Of a DNA stretch of 64,000 nucleotides, positions 1-9,414 are shown one piece after another. How positions within the stretch are numbered: the stretch's first letter is position 1; each line of letters opens with the position of its first letter. The position numbers and the translations under genes are program-made. This stretch comes from a virus, in IMG/VR virus record IMGVR_UViG_3300026088_000018, positions 3,817 through 67,816 of that record; one strand, written 5' to 3'. The notes beneath the pieces were generated by a model that made no database searches, was not told where the DNA came from, and saw nothing but the letters and a program-made list of their open reading frames with translations.

Positions 1-566
1 CCCGCAGCGGGGTGAAGGTGCTCGATGACCACGTCGGGTCGGTAGGCGATGCACCCGGCCGCCCGGCCCAACTCCAGCACCGCGTTGTCGACGTACATGT
101 GCGCGCAGGTAGGCAGCATCATCCACCCGACCGCGCGGACGAGATCGGCGGACACGACCCAGGCGGTGGGTAGGTCCGGTCCCTGGAGCAGGTCGTTGCC
201 GTAGGCGATTCCGACACCACCCGGCATCGCCTCGATCGCCTCGATGAGCTTCAGATTCCAGTCGCCGCGCGGCCGGTGGTCGTCGCCGAGCGATGCGAGG
301 TAACGCGGCGGGTCGGGGCTGTCGATGGCCTGCTGGGCAAGATGGTTGGTCCAGGCCGACAGTGACCGACGCTCACCCCGGTAGGCATGAACGCGGAACG
401 CCGCTGGCACGACTCGGCATACGCTCCAGTAGTCGGCCTTGTCGTCGTTGTCGAGACCGACCCAGATTTCGACGCTGCCGGCCGTCGTGGTGTGGATCGC
501 CAACTCCAGTTCGGCGAGCTGTTGCGGGCGGCCGCGCGATGGGGTGATGACGGCGAGGTCAGCCAT
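1..566 (-). CDS. GT2-like glycosyltransferase (partial, runs off left edge)
   Basis: Translated by hand, not in ORF track: MADLAVITPSRGRP...IWVGLDNDD...LASLGDDHRP...AYGNDL...HMYVDN...VIEHLHP; GT-A fold motifs. Confidence 0.8.
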   Translation of the reverse strand, partial: MADLAVITPSRGRPQQLAELELAIHTTTAGSVEIWVGLDNDDKADYWSVCRVVPAAFRVHAYRGERRSLSAWTNHLAQQAIDSPDPPRYLASLGDDHRPRGDWNLKLIEAIEAMPGGVGIAYGNDLLQGPDLPTAWVVSADLVRAVGWMMLPTCAHMYVDNAVLELGRAAGCIAYRPDVVIEHLHPAA

Positions 567-759
567 CGGTCGCCTCGTAACGGAAGACAAACAGCCCGTT
601 AGCGCGGATCACCGTCACGTCGCTGAGCAGCGGTAGGCGTTCCATGACGAAACGCCGGATCTCCTCCGCCTCGACCATTGTGATGCTGCCCTCGCACCGG
701 ACGATCAGGTGGTCGCCGGGTCGTACAACCGTGGCCTCGACGATCGGCACGTCAGCCAT
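559..759 (-). CDS. hypothetical protein (66 aa)
   Basis: MADVPIVEATVVRPGD...; overlaps both neighbouring genes by 8 bp. Confidence 0.65.
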   Translation of the reverse strand: MADVPIVEATVVRPGDHLIVRCEGSITMVEAEEIRRFVMERLPLLSDVTVIRANGLFVFRYEATDG

Positions 760-2113
760 TGCGTACCCACCAGCCGGCCGGGTTCTGACTGACCGCCGAC
801 GTTCGCTCGACGGCGATGTCCCTCGACCATTCAGGCTGGCCGTACAGGAAGCGGGCCACCGCGTCCAGCGGTGTGCCGGCATTCGTCGACAGACCGTGGT
901 CTCGCGAACGCGAATCGGCGCCGTAGCCGAACAGGGTGTCCTCGACCACGAGGTAACAGCCGGGCGATACCAGCCCGCCGTACAGCTTGATCTCCTCGGC
1001 GACGTGCGGGGCGGAGTGGTCGGAGTCGAGCGACACCATGCACCGTCGGCCGTCGACCAGTTCGGCCACCCTCGCCGCAATGTCCGGGTCGATGCTGCTG
1101 CCAAGGAGGTAGTCAACGCCGGTCGTGGGGGGTCCCAGCCTGGCGTGTGACACATCGACGGTGACGACCGCGAGGCCCTGTTCGGCGAACCAGCGGGCCG
1201 ACGCGCCGGTGTGGGTGCCGGTCTCGACCACCACCTCCGGCTTGGTCGCCGCGATGATCGCGGCGTAGCGGTCCAGGTCGGCGGGCAGCTTCCACATGCC
1301 GTGGTGGTCGTGCTCGCCATGGGCCAGCGCTTCGAACGACTCCTCGATGTCGATGGCCACCGTGAGGTCCGGGTACGGCTGAAGGGTCACCGCTTCCTGC
1401 ATGACGTAATCCAGCTCGGACAGCCAGACCTCCTTGTGGTGGGTGGTCTTGACGCCGGTGTGCACGACCGGGACGATGCCGGCCTTGAGGAGCCGGCCGC
1501 AGAAGGCGATGTCCTCCCCGACGATGTCGTCCTGGTGGTCGTACAGCATGTCGAACCAGTGGTTGCCGACGTCGGCGCGTACCTTCTCCAGCGCCGATCG
1601 GTGGATGAGTAGGAACGCCGCGCCGGTTCCCGCGACCTCGGTGACCTTGTTGTCCTCGTAGTCGCCGAAGTAGCAGAACGACGGACGGTCGTCGTCCCCC
1701 GTCTTGCCGATCTTGTACATGGTGGGGACGATCGTGCGGCGCCACCCGCCCATTCCGTCGTACGCGGCCTCCATCGCGGCGAAACACAGCGCGCCGACGA
1801 CCGGGCGGGTCACCGGGTCGGCCGCTTCGTCCAGCAGTCGGTGGACGGCGTTGGCCGCCCACCCCATGTCGGTGTCGATGAACAGCAGCCACTCGTGGTC
1901 GGTCTTGTCCAGGAACAGGCGTGCGGCGTAGTTGCGGATGTGGGCGAGGATGCCCGACCCGCACCGCAGGTTGAGCGGCTTACGGGCGATGCGGCGACCG
2001 TGGTCGAGGTCGTATTCGAGCATGCCGCGCATGCTTTCGTGCCAGGAGTGGCTGACGTGCTCGTTGTGCAGGTAGGCGATCTGCACGATGCCGTCGCCGG
2101 GCTGGTTGGCCAT
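752..2113 (-). CDS. Glycosyltransferase (GT-A) fused to CmcI/rhamnosyl O-methyltransferase-like domain
   Basis: N-half has WLLFIDTDMG (DxD), GTGAAFLLIHR and GEDIAFC; C-half has KPEVVVETGT..GAS, VSLDSDHSAPHV and GCYLVVEDT, typical of CmcI/class I SAM methyltransferases. Confidence 0.82.
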   Translation of the reverse strand: MANQPGDGIVQIAYLHNEHVSHSWHESMRGMLEYDLDHGRRIARKPLNLRCGSGILAHIRNYAARLFLDKTDHEWLLFIDTDMGWAANAVHRLLDEAADPVTRPVVGALCFAAMEAAYDGMGGWRRTIVPTMYKIGKTGDDDRPSFCYFGDYEDNKVTEVAGTGAAFLLIHRSALEKVRADVGNHWFDMLYDHQDDIVGEDIAFCGRLLKAGIVPVVHTGVKTTHHKEVWLSELDYVMQEAVTLQPYPDLTVAIDIEESFEALAHGEHDHHGMWKLPADLDRYAAIIAATKPEVVVETGTHTGASARWFAEQGLAVVTVDVSHARLGPPTTGVDYLLGSSIDPDIAARVAELVDGRRCMVSLDSDHSAPHVAEEIKLYGGLVSPGCYLVVEDTLFGYGADSRSRDHGLSTNAGTPLDAVARFLYGQPEWSRDIAVERTSAVSQNPAGWWVRNG

Positions 2114-2127
2114 TGCGCCCTTTCGGT

Positions 2128-2173
2128 TGGGGGAGAGTCCCGGGCCCGTTCCGCGGCGCGGGACTCTCCCCCA
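2128..2173 (-). terminator. Strong hairpin between capsid gene and glycosyltransferase operon (terminator/attenuator)
   Basis: 15-bp perfect inverted repeat TGGGGGAGAGTCCCG...CGGGACTCTCCCCCA just after the capsid stop. Confidence 0.65.
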
Positions 2174-2196
2174 CGTCGCGGAACGGACGATTGCGG

Positions 2197-3588
2197 TCAG
2201 CTACCGGAGTAGGCCAGCTTCGTGATGGACTTCGGGCGCCGCGCGAAGGTCACGGCCTCATAGCCCCACACGCCGATCCGGACCAGCGCCGGGCCTACCG
2301 GCTGCTCGAACTGGAACTGCATCGGCGGGGAGATCGAGAACAGCTGTTCCTGGCTGTTGAGGATGAAGCCGGTCGACGCGCCCACGCTCGGCGAGGTCAC
2401 CACGTTCAGGGTCTCCAGCCGTCCCTGGAATCCACCGGCGAAGGTGTTGCCCAGATCGCCACGGCCGACGGGGTTCTGTGCCGGGTACGCCTGCGCCAGG
2501 ATCAGCGGCCGGCCGGTGGTGTCCGTCAGCTTCAGGTACGAGGCCCACCGGGCCGAGGTGCCGACGAACAGGTCCGGGTCACCGGCCGGTGCGTCCGCGA
2601 TCGCGACGATGCCGTCCAGGATGCCGGCCCGCTGGTTGATGATGTCCGTCGTGGTCAGCACGCCCGCGGAGACGGTTGCGGTGTTCACGCCCGCGACCGC
2701 GGTGATCGCGACGATGGTGAGGATTTCGGCGTTGTCGTAGAAGTCGCCGATCATGTCCCCCCAGATGACGGCATCGACCGCGGGGTTGCTGGCCTCCAAC
2801 ATCTGCCGGGACACCTCGGTGAACCCCGTGATGTCGGTCGGGGTGACCGTGATCGTGCCGTAGCCGGGGTTGGTGATCGTCGCGTTGATACCTTCCACGG
2901 TGCTCGACGTCTTGGCCACCGTCCCCGCGACCGGGATCGTCCACGCGAACGGGCCGGCCCACGGCACCTGACGCAGCTGTGCGGCCAGGCGCAGCTTCTT
3001 GTGCATGACCGGGGCGAACTCCTCGGCCAGCCACACCGGTGGGACGAGGCCGGCACCCAGCGTGGTCGCGCCCGCGCCGAGCACGGCACGCAGATGCGTG
3101 TCCTGCTGCGCCCGGCCGATCATGACCTGGGTGTACCGGGCGAGACGTTCGGCCGCCGCCTTGTCCCCCATCTTCTGCGACCGGTACTGGTCGGAGACGA
3201 AGGAGTACTCGCCGCCCCGGGTGTAGGTGCCCGGGTCGCGGTCCAGGGTCCGTCCGCCGCCCAGGTTCACCGACCGGGTGCCGGTATCGACGCTGTCCTG
3301 GCGGTCGTCGGGTTCCTGGCCATCCTCACCGGCGACCCGCGCGGCAGCGGCACCGGCGACCAGGTCGTTCATCTGGGCGACCTTGGCGTTGCGGACCTCG
3401 ATCTCCGACAGATCCTCGATCTGCTGGTACAGAACCTGCGAGCGCTCGCCCATGTCGACGACCGACCGCAGTTCCTCGGAGGTCATGTCTCGGCGGCCTT
3501 CGGCGGCCCGTTGCTGAAGGCCGGCGATGGACGTCTGCAACGTCGCGTACTGCTCTTTCAGCGACTCAAGGTAGATGTTCTTGGGCAC
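2197..3588 (-). CDS. HK97-family major capsid protein
   Basis: N-terminal coiled-coil delta domain, GAGLVPP, TEVSRQML, TDTTGRPL motifs; follows prohead protease; GTG start at 3588 with GGAG RBS (ORF track start 3645). Confidence 0.9.
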   Translation of the reverse strand: MPKNIYLESLKEQYATLQTSIAGLQQRAAEGRRDMTSEELRSVVDMGERSQVLYQQIEDLSEIEVRNAKVAQMNDLVAGAAAARVAGEDGQEPDDRQDSVDTGTRSVNLGGGRTLDRDPGTYTRGGEYSFVSDQYRSQKMGDKAAAERLARYTQVMIGRAQQDTHLRAVLGAGATTLGAGLVPPVWLAEEFAPVMHKKLRLAAQLRQVPWAGPFAWTIPVAGTVAKTSSTVEGINATITNPGYGTITVTPTDITGFTEVSRQMLEASNPAVDAVIWGDMIGDFYDNAEILTIVAITAVAGVNTATVSAGVLTTTDIINQRAGILDGIVAIADAPAGDPDLFVGTSARWASYLKLTDTTGRPLILAQAYPAQNPVGRGDLGNTFAGGFQGRLETLNVVTSPSVGASTGFILNSQEQLFSISPPMQFQFEQPVGPALVRIGVWGYEAVTFARRPKSITKLAYSGS

Positions 3589-3728
3589 GACAATCTCCAC
3601 GTTTCCACAGGGACAGGGATGCTCCGTGTGACCGGGGTGTCGCACAATCCGTGGAAACGTCGTGAGGGTGTCGGCCGGGGGCCGGGGTGTTCACGCGCCG
3701 GACGCGGGGTGTCGGTCTGAGCTGGGTG

Positions 3729-4364
3729 CTACTTCCTCTTGGCGTTGAACGGTAGGCCGAGCTTGATGGTGCGGATCAACAGGTCGGTGTCGGGCAGGTC
3801 GCGGATGGCGCCGGGCATCAGGAACTGCTCGGCGCGCCTTTTCAGGTCTGCGTCGGCCTCGTCGAACACGGCCTGGGTGGCGCGGCTGCGGACGCCGACC
3901 ACCGCCGCCTGGTCGCCGTAGGCGCCTTCCATGACGATGGCCACCTCGCGCAGGTCGGCGGTGACCCGTTCCACGGTGCCGTCGGCGAGTTTGCGGTCCT
4001 TCGCCGCCCGGAACATGATGCTGAGCTGGTCGAGGGCGTGGTCGCGGACGAGTTCCAGCGTCTCGTCCCCGGCCGGGGTCTTCGACGTCTGTAGCTCCAC
4101 GTACAGGCCGGCGGCGTCGTCGCGCAGCAGCGACGCCGCGCCGATCAGCGTCCCGCCCAGCAGCGCGTGTTCCCGCGCGAACTTCACCCGCTGCGGCTTG
4201 TCGAGCTGGTGGTTGAACGCGCCCCGAGAAAACTGCTCGACCAGCCGGTCGTCGATGCGGGTCGGCGCGTAGTACGGCACCGCGATCCCGTACACGGTCC
4301 GGCCACCGCCGGAGGAGCGGACTTCCAGGTCCGGGGCGAAGGAGCGGAACAGGTTTTCGGTCAT
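3729..4364 (-). CDS. HK97-family prohead protease
   Basis: GRTVYGIAVPY, EQFSRGAF, REH, GLYVE, LSIMF, LREVAIV..GAY motifs. Confidence 0.92.
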   Translation of the reverse strand: MTENLFRSFAPDLEVRSSGGGRTVYGIAVPYYAPTRIDDRLVEQFSRGAFNHQLDKPQRVKFAREHALLGGTLIGAASLLRDDAAGLYVELQTSKTPAGDETLELVRDHALDQLSIMFRAAKDRKLADGTVERVTADLREVAIVMEGAYGDQAAVVGVRSRATQAVFDEADADLKRRAEQFLMPGAIRDLPDTDLLIRTIKLGLPFNAKRK

Positions 4365-4367
4365 GTC

Positions 4368-4640
4368 TCAGCCCCGCCGGGTGCCGTCGCGGAAGTAGTG
4401 CATCTCGTGCGCCGAGCAGATCTTCGCGCCGGGTACGACCCGGCCGTCGGCGTAGTGCCCGGTGCCGTCGTCGACGACGCACATGCCCGGATCGCTCCGG
4501 GTCGCCTTCGGGGCGGGCTCGTCGTCCACGGCCGGCGTCGGGTCGGCCTTCGACGCGTCGCCGGAGGAGCGGGACGTGTGGTGCAGCGCCGCCGTGTCGG
4601 TCTCGGGCCCGGTAGCCCTGCTCTCGGTTGCTTTCGCCAC
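4368..4640 (-). CDS. hypothetical protein
   Basis: Fills the gap between portal and protease in operon orientation. Confidence 0.65.
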   Translation of the reverse strand: MAKATESRATGPETDTAALHHTSRSSGDASKADPTPAVDDEPAPKATRSDPGMCVVDDGTGHYADGRVVPGAKICSAHEMHYFRDGTRRG

Positions 4641-4650
4641 GACTGCGCTC

Positions 4651-5931
4651 CTATCCGTCGTACTTGCTGGGTTGCTGCGCCTTCTTGGCCGACTTCGGGG
4701 GCTTGATCGGCTCGGCGGGCGTCATGGGTCGCATCGGGGTGGTGGTGGGCGTGATGGCGGGTGGGGAGACGTAGGCGTCCGGCATGGCCGGTTTGTCGGG
4801 CAGCGGCGGACGGTGCTCCAACTCGCGGACCTCGTCGGTCGTCAGGAACCCGTTCTTCAACGCGATCTCGTGGGCCTGGTATCTGGTCAGGGTGTCGGCC
4901 CGGAGGATGGCGTCGACGTTGGCCCTGGCGCACGTTCCGCGGGGGAACGCCAGCGTCAGGGTCTGCTCGAACCTGGCGACATGTCCGCCGAGGGAGAACT
5001 TGAGGAGGTTCACCTCGTCCTGGGAGATGTTGCTGTACTGCCTGGCGCTGTTCATCCCACCGAGCCAGCCCACGGGCAGGCCGAAGACCAGCTCCAGCTC
5101 GTTGAGGGTCATCTTGCGGGCCTCGACGAGTTGCAGCTGCTCCGGATTCCAGCTCAGCGGCACGAACTTTGTGGACGCGTTCGTGACCGCGATCGACCGG
5201 GTCCGCTGGTTGGCGAGCCACTGCGCCTTCAGGTCCATCGCCTCGGTCTCGGTCAGGTCGGGGTTCGAGGACTCCAGGACGCCGGTGGGGACGCCGTGGG
5301 TGGACAGCGACCGGGCCTGCGACGACTGTTCCTGCGCCAGGCTGAACGTGTTGAGGTGGTTCTCCAGGACGCCCATGCCCCGCACCGCGCCGGGCTCACA
5401 GGGGCCCTTGATATGGATGACGTCCTGGCTGCCCAGCGCCTTCAGGCTCCCGATCGTGTACTCCAGGGCGCCCACGGGTAGCGGGGAGTCCGTGTATTGG
5501 GTGACCCGCCGGACCTGACACATCTGCGCCGGAACCGGCAGGATCGCCGTGGGCCAGCCGGCGTAGTTGCGGGCGGCGATGACCCCGATGGCGTTGCCGT
5601 GGAAGATCAGGTCCAGGCCCATCGACGAGAACGTTGTCATCCGGGTGTCCGGTGGGGACGGCTGCTCCAGTAACGGCGGAGTGGGGTAGATCTTCTCTTC
5701 GGGCCGGTCGGCGTACTCGCGGTAGCTGTCCCAGGGGAACTGGCCGAGCAGGTCCGACAGCAGCACTGAGGCCCGCCACGCTCCCGGGATGCCCAGGGCT
5801 CCGCGGTACGTTCCTGGGCTGACGAAGTCCGGGCCAAGGTTGTCGATGATCGTGTAGTTCTGGCTGACACCGGTCACCGTGTCCGTCGCGGTGATCCGCG
5901 TCGACCGGGTGAACAGGCGTCCCAGGCCCAT
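4651..5931 (-). CDS. HK97-family portal protein
   Basis: DLIFHGNA, DVIHIK, P.GVL, QLVEARK, FGLP, GFLTTDEVRELE motifs; downstream of terminase. Confidence 0.92.
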   Translation of the reverse strand: MGLGRLFTRSTRITATDTVTGVSQNYTIIDNLGPDFVSPGTYRGALGIPGAWRASVLLSDLLGQFPWDSYREYADRPEEKIYPTPPLLEQPSPPDTRMTTFSSMGLDLIFHGNAIGVIAARNYAGWPTAILPVPAQMCQVRRVTQYTDSPLPVGALEYTIGSLKALGSQDVIHIKGPCEPGAVRGMGVLENHLNTFSLAQEQSSQARSLSTHGVPTGVLESSNPDLTETEAMDLKAQWLANQRTRSIAVTNASTKFVPLSWNPEQLQLVEARKMTLNELELVFGLPVGWLGGMNSARQYSNISQDEVNLLKFSLGGHVARFEQTLTLAFPRGTCARANVDAILRADTLTRYQAHEIALKNGFLTTDEVRELEHRPPLPDKPAMPDAYVSPPAITPTTTPMRPMTPAEPIKPPKSAKKAQQPSKYDG

Positions 5932-5932
5932 G

Positions 5933-6160
5933 TCAGATCTTGCCGGCCTCGCGGAGCATGCCGACCACGACGAGCGTGACCCCACCGACCATGAGGGTGA
6001 CGGCGAGGCCCCATTGCAGGTAGATGCCGGTGCCGGCGCCGGCGGCGCCGCCGAGTTGGGCCAGCAGCGGCCAGGACGGCAGGGCGGGGAACCGCAGGCC
6101 CCGGACGCGTGGCTTGGCGGGGAGCCGTGCCGCAGCCTCGAACGTCTCGTAGGTGGTCAC
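5933..6160 (-). CDS. small membrane protein
   Basis: GTG start with GAGGAGA RBS; two hydrophobic segments; sits between terL and portal. Confidence 0.65.
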   Translation of the reverse strand: MTTYETFEAAARLPAKPRVRGLRFPALPSWPLLAQLGGAAGAGTGIYLQWGLAVTLMVGGVTLVVVGMLREAGKI

Positions 6161-6174
6161 GTCTCTCCTCGCGG

Positions 6175-7677
6175 TCAGTAGACCTTGGACCTCGGCGTCA
6201 TGGCCCGGCGTAGCGCCCACAGCGCGGCGGTGACCGCACCGGCGGGGCAGAACCCGGTGGAGTTCTGGCGGTCCCAGGCCCGGGCGTCGCCGAGTTTGCG
6301 TTCCTGACCGCCAGCGACGGCGGTGTTGAGCGCGTGCTGGTTGCCGTGCCGCACGTTGCGGGCCGCGGTGTCCTTGCCGGCGACCCCGTCGACGAGGTCT
6401 CCGAACGAGCGGGCGGCGTCCTGCATGGTCATCTTGACCAGGGGGATGTTGGCGTCCTCGAAGTCCTTCAGCAGCGACCCGGCCGGCCCGCCGGGGTCGA
6501 GGGCGAGGACGCTGCCCGGCCACCGTTTCAGCAGTTCCTGCGCTCGGGGCAGGCACCATCCGGTGCCGGGCCGGTGGTCGACCCCGTCGTCGTTGGCGGT
6601 GAGTTCGACCTGCCTTAGCCCGTCGCCGCGGCGCCACGCCACGCCGATGGCGGCCATGCTGTGGTCCCATTCGACTTCCAGGCCGAACGCGATCGGTTTT
6701 TCCGGCGCGTCGGGGACGTCGATGGCGGCGGTCCAGTCGGGTTCGGAGATGACCAGCCACCGGGCGATCTCGTCGATCGGCCAGACGCCGAGGTGTTCGG
6801 TGTCGAACTTCTCGGGCCTACCGGCCTCAGTGAACGCCTGCAGCTGCTTGGCGAGGAACCACTCGGAGATTCGGATGCCGAGGGCCGGGTTGCAGTCGTA
6901 CCAGACCTGGGGGTCGGTCCGGTCGAACTTCTCCGGCGGCGACCACTCGTACACGGCGACCCGGTCGCCACCGTCCGAAACTGCGCGGCGCCGCACTGAG
7001 GGCAGCATCGCGTCTTCGGGGACCGGGCCGATGTCCTCGTCGGGAGGTGTGGTCGTGTAGATGATCTGTGGGTTCGGGATTGTGGCCAGCGTCGGCGTCT
7101 GCGCGGCGAACTGGCCCACCGTCAACGCCCACGCCTCGTCAAAGATGGTCTTGGACCCGGTCAGGCCACGGCCCGCGCCCAGGGACCGGGCCACGAACTG
7201 CAACATGCCGCCGCCGGCGTGGCGCGTGAGGTAGATCCCGGGGTCGTTGGTCCCCTGGACGATCCGCTGGACCCGTTTCGACAACCAGTCCGACCCGTCG
7301 ATGATCTCCTTGAGTCGACGCAGAGCGGCCATCGAGGTGCGGAACTGGTGCGCGCTGTGCAGGATCAGCGGCTCGCGGAACAGGAACAGCCCGCCCAACT
7401 CGACCGCTTCGGTGAACCCCCCCTTGCCGTTCTGCCGGCTGACCAGGAGAAGCAGCTCGTAGGCGGACCACAGCCCGTCGTCACGGATCCCGAACGCGTC
7501 GCGGGTGATGGACGCCTGCCACGGGTCCAGGGGACGCCCGATCTGGTCCATGAAGTCCACGACCTCGTCGCCGTACGTTCTGACGTACGGCGGCGCCTTA
7601 TGAACCCGCGGCGCCTGCGACCCGAGTCTTACGCCGTTCGGCGAGGTCGTCGCGGACGGCACCAGCAATTCGGTCAA
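6175..7677 (-). CDS. terL: Terminase large subunit
   Basis: LDPWQ, VSRQNGKG Walker A, GRGLT..IFDEA Walker B, CNPALG, FDTEHLG; TTG start at 7677 with RBS (ORF track start 7713). Confidence 0.93.
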   Translation of the reverse strand: MTELLVPSATTSPNGVRLGSQAPRVHKAPPYVRTYGDEVVDFMDQIGRPLDPWQASITRDAFGIRDDGLWSAYELLLLVSRQNGKGGFTEAVELGGLFLFREPLILHSAHQFRTSMAALRRLKEIIDGSDWLSKRVQRIVQGTNDPGIYLTRHAGGGMLQFVARSLGAGRGLTGSKTIFDEAWALTVGQFAAQTPTLATIPNPQIIYTTTPPDEDIGPVPEDAMLPSVRRRAVSDGGDRVAVYEWSPPEKFDRTDPQVWYDCNPALGIRISEWFLAKQLQAFTEAGRPEKFDTEHLGVWPIDEIARWLVISEPDWTAAIDVPDAPEKPIAFGLEVEWDHSMAAIGVAWRRGDGLRQVELTANDDGVDHRPGTGWCLPRAQELLKRWPGSVLALDPGGPAGSLLKDFEDANIPLVKMTMQDAARSFGDLVDGVAGKDTAARNVRHGNQHALNTAVAGGQERKLGDARAWDRQNSTGFCPAGAVTAALWALRRAMTPRSKVY

Positions 7678-7873
7678 GCGGACTCTCCCTACCGACGACC
7701 GGCAGCGAGTCAAGCTCGCGGATCACGTCGCGGAGTTCCTTCGACAGGACCGCAACGTCGCGGCCCTCAGCTTCCTGGAGTTCCTGGGCGACCTTGTTGC
7801 GGATGGCTTCCAGTGACGCACGCCGGTCGTCGCGGTCGACGATCGTGGACAGGTTCGGGCGTCCGCGGGTCAT
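7598..7873 (-). CDS. Terminase small subunit (putative)
   Basis: Small helical protein overlapping the terL start; ending in SPLD..L..RR typical of actinophage terS. Confidence 0.7.
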   Translation of the reverse strand: MTRGRPNLSTIVDRDDRRASLEAIRNKVAQELQEAEGRDVAVLSKELRDVIRELDSLPVVGRESPLDRIAGAVRDDLAERRKTRVAGAAGS

Positions 7874-7899
7874 TTCCTTACTCTCCGCTTATCCGGATT

Positions 7900-8340
7900 G
7901 CCGTTACCAACGGTAACGAGTCCAGGATCACCCGAGTCGCCACTACTGGCCGTCACAATGGGCAGTGGCGGAGGGTAGTGCCCCGATTCGGCGGCCCAAG
8001 GTGCGATCATCCTTTCGGTCGAGTTCTCCCTAAGGCGTGATCCACGAGCAAGCCGCTGACCTGCATAAACGCGATCCGCGAGGGTTAGATGATCTCCGTA
8101 TAGGCTTGATCAAAAAAAATCGGAGGGCGGGTGGCTCTCGGCCGCGTGTTGATCAGGAAAAAATCGACCCGACCCTATGTTACTCTCAGTCAATGATCAT
8201 CCGAATGTTACCGAACGTGATATTCCCTTGATCCACATGATCCCGAGCAATGTGACGCACGGTTACATCGACACGAACCGCACCGATACGAGGCCCATCC
8301 GCGACGCTCGATCAGTCACGATCATCACCATCGACGATCA
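7900..8340. other. Putative cos/packaging region
   Basis: Lower-GC, largely non-coding gap between HNH and terS; 13 GATC sites; repeat TTGATCA(A/G)(A/G)AAAAAATCG at 8106 and 8149; palindrome CGTTACC-AAC-GGTAACG at 7902-7918. Confidence 0.5.
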
Positions 8341-8681
8341 GCACTACGCTTCGGCACAGGCACAGCCCGCGTCCTCGCGCCGTTGCCATGCGACAGGTTG
8401 CACCGCCTATGCGCAGGCCCCCCATTGGCAGGGTCCAGCGGCGCACCCCCACGGGTGAGCGGCACCAGGTGATCAGCAGTGGCCGACATGGGGTCCCTCC
8501 ACGGGAGCCTCTTGTCGATAGGCCGACCGCACCTGCAGCAGATGGGTACAGCAGCAGCCAGAACCTTCTCCCGCCACCGCCTGTACGGCCTACCCATACG
8601 GCCCTTACGCAGCTCAGGGTCCCTGTATGTGGTCCACCGCTGCTTACGCTCGGCGTACGTGGGGTGCCTGAGCCTGCCCAC
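8325..8681 (-). CDS. Terminase-associated HNH endonuclease
   Basis: CCRCGRPID...TADHLVP...GPAHRRCN; classic position upstream of terS in cos phages. Confidence 0.88.
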   Translation of the reverse strand: MGRLRHPTYAERKQRWTTYRDPELRKGRMGRPYRRWREKVLAAAVPICCRCGRPIDKRLPWRDPMSATADHLVPLTRGGAPLDPANGGPAHRRCNLSHGNGARTRAVPVPKRSADRRW

Positions 8682-8816
8682 AACTACGGGGTACAGCGCC
8701 AGGGTGCGGGCATGGGGGTTCCCCTCCTACAGGGGTAAGGGATTCCGGCGAGGGTGCCTGATAGCGGGCACGCAGAAGTCCGGCGTGCCGATCATCTGTC
8801 CTGACCAGCGAATCCG

Positions 8817-9329
8817 TCAAGTCGCCACGTCGATCAGCACATCACCAATCAGCACCGACGTGATCCGAACCCCATCCGGCACGTCGAAGACGTACTGGTT
8901 CGTGTCCTTCACCCCCGGGTTCACCGGGCCCGCGAGCCAGCGGGTGCCCTCGTACCGGCGTCCCTTCACGTCGAACGCGGCGAAGTCAGGGCTCGACGTG
9001 TCGTCGAACCGCGCCGGCTCCGCCTTGGTGTTGGTGTACTCGATCGACGCCACGCACACCCGCCCCGGATGACCCGCATCATCGCCGTTCTGGAGCAGCT
9101 TGCCCGCCTCGCCGCACTGCGCGCCAACCAGGACCATCCGCCAACCCGGCACGTCGAACGGCTTACCCACCTCCCCCGACCTGCTCGACGAGGACGGCGA
9201 GACCGGATTTGGTGCGGGTTCCGCAGACGGGCGGCCTCCGGTCGGGGACGCAGCCGGCGACCCATCGTCCGAACAGCCAGCCAGCAACACCAGAGCGACA
9301 GCAGCAACCACCAGGAAGGGTCGAGTCAC
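8817..9329 (-). CDS. Lipoprotein (DUF4352-like)
   Basis: Signal peptide with LLAGC lipobox, Pro/Ser linker, beta-rich domain ending NPG...YVFDVP. Confidence 0.75.
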   Translation of the reverse strand: MTRPFLVVAAVALVLLAGCSDDGSPAASPTGGRPSAEPAPNPVSPSSSSRSGEVGKPFDVPGWRMVLVGAQCGEAGKLLQNGDDAGHPGRVCVASIEYTNTKAEPARFDDTSSPDFAAFDVKGRRYEGTRWLAGPVNPGVKDTNQYVFDVPDGVRITSVLIGDVLIDVAT

Positions 9330-9414
9330 GGCTGACAGTATGACCCAAGACCACAACCTGTCACATAGACCGATGGGAGTCGCTTCGCTCCCCGCCTAAC
9401 GGCGGAGTGGCTGA

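Noticed and set aside
2113-3720. 535-aa plus-strand ORF
   Set aside because: Antisense shadow of the capsid gene caused by high GC; no motifs
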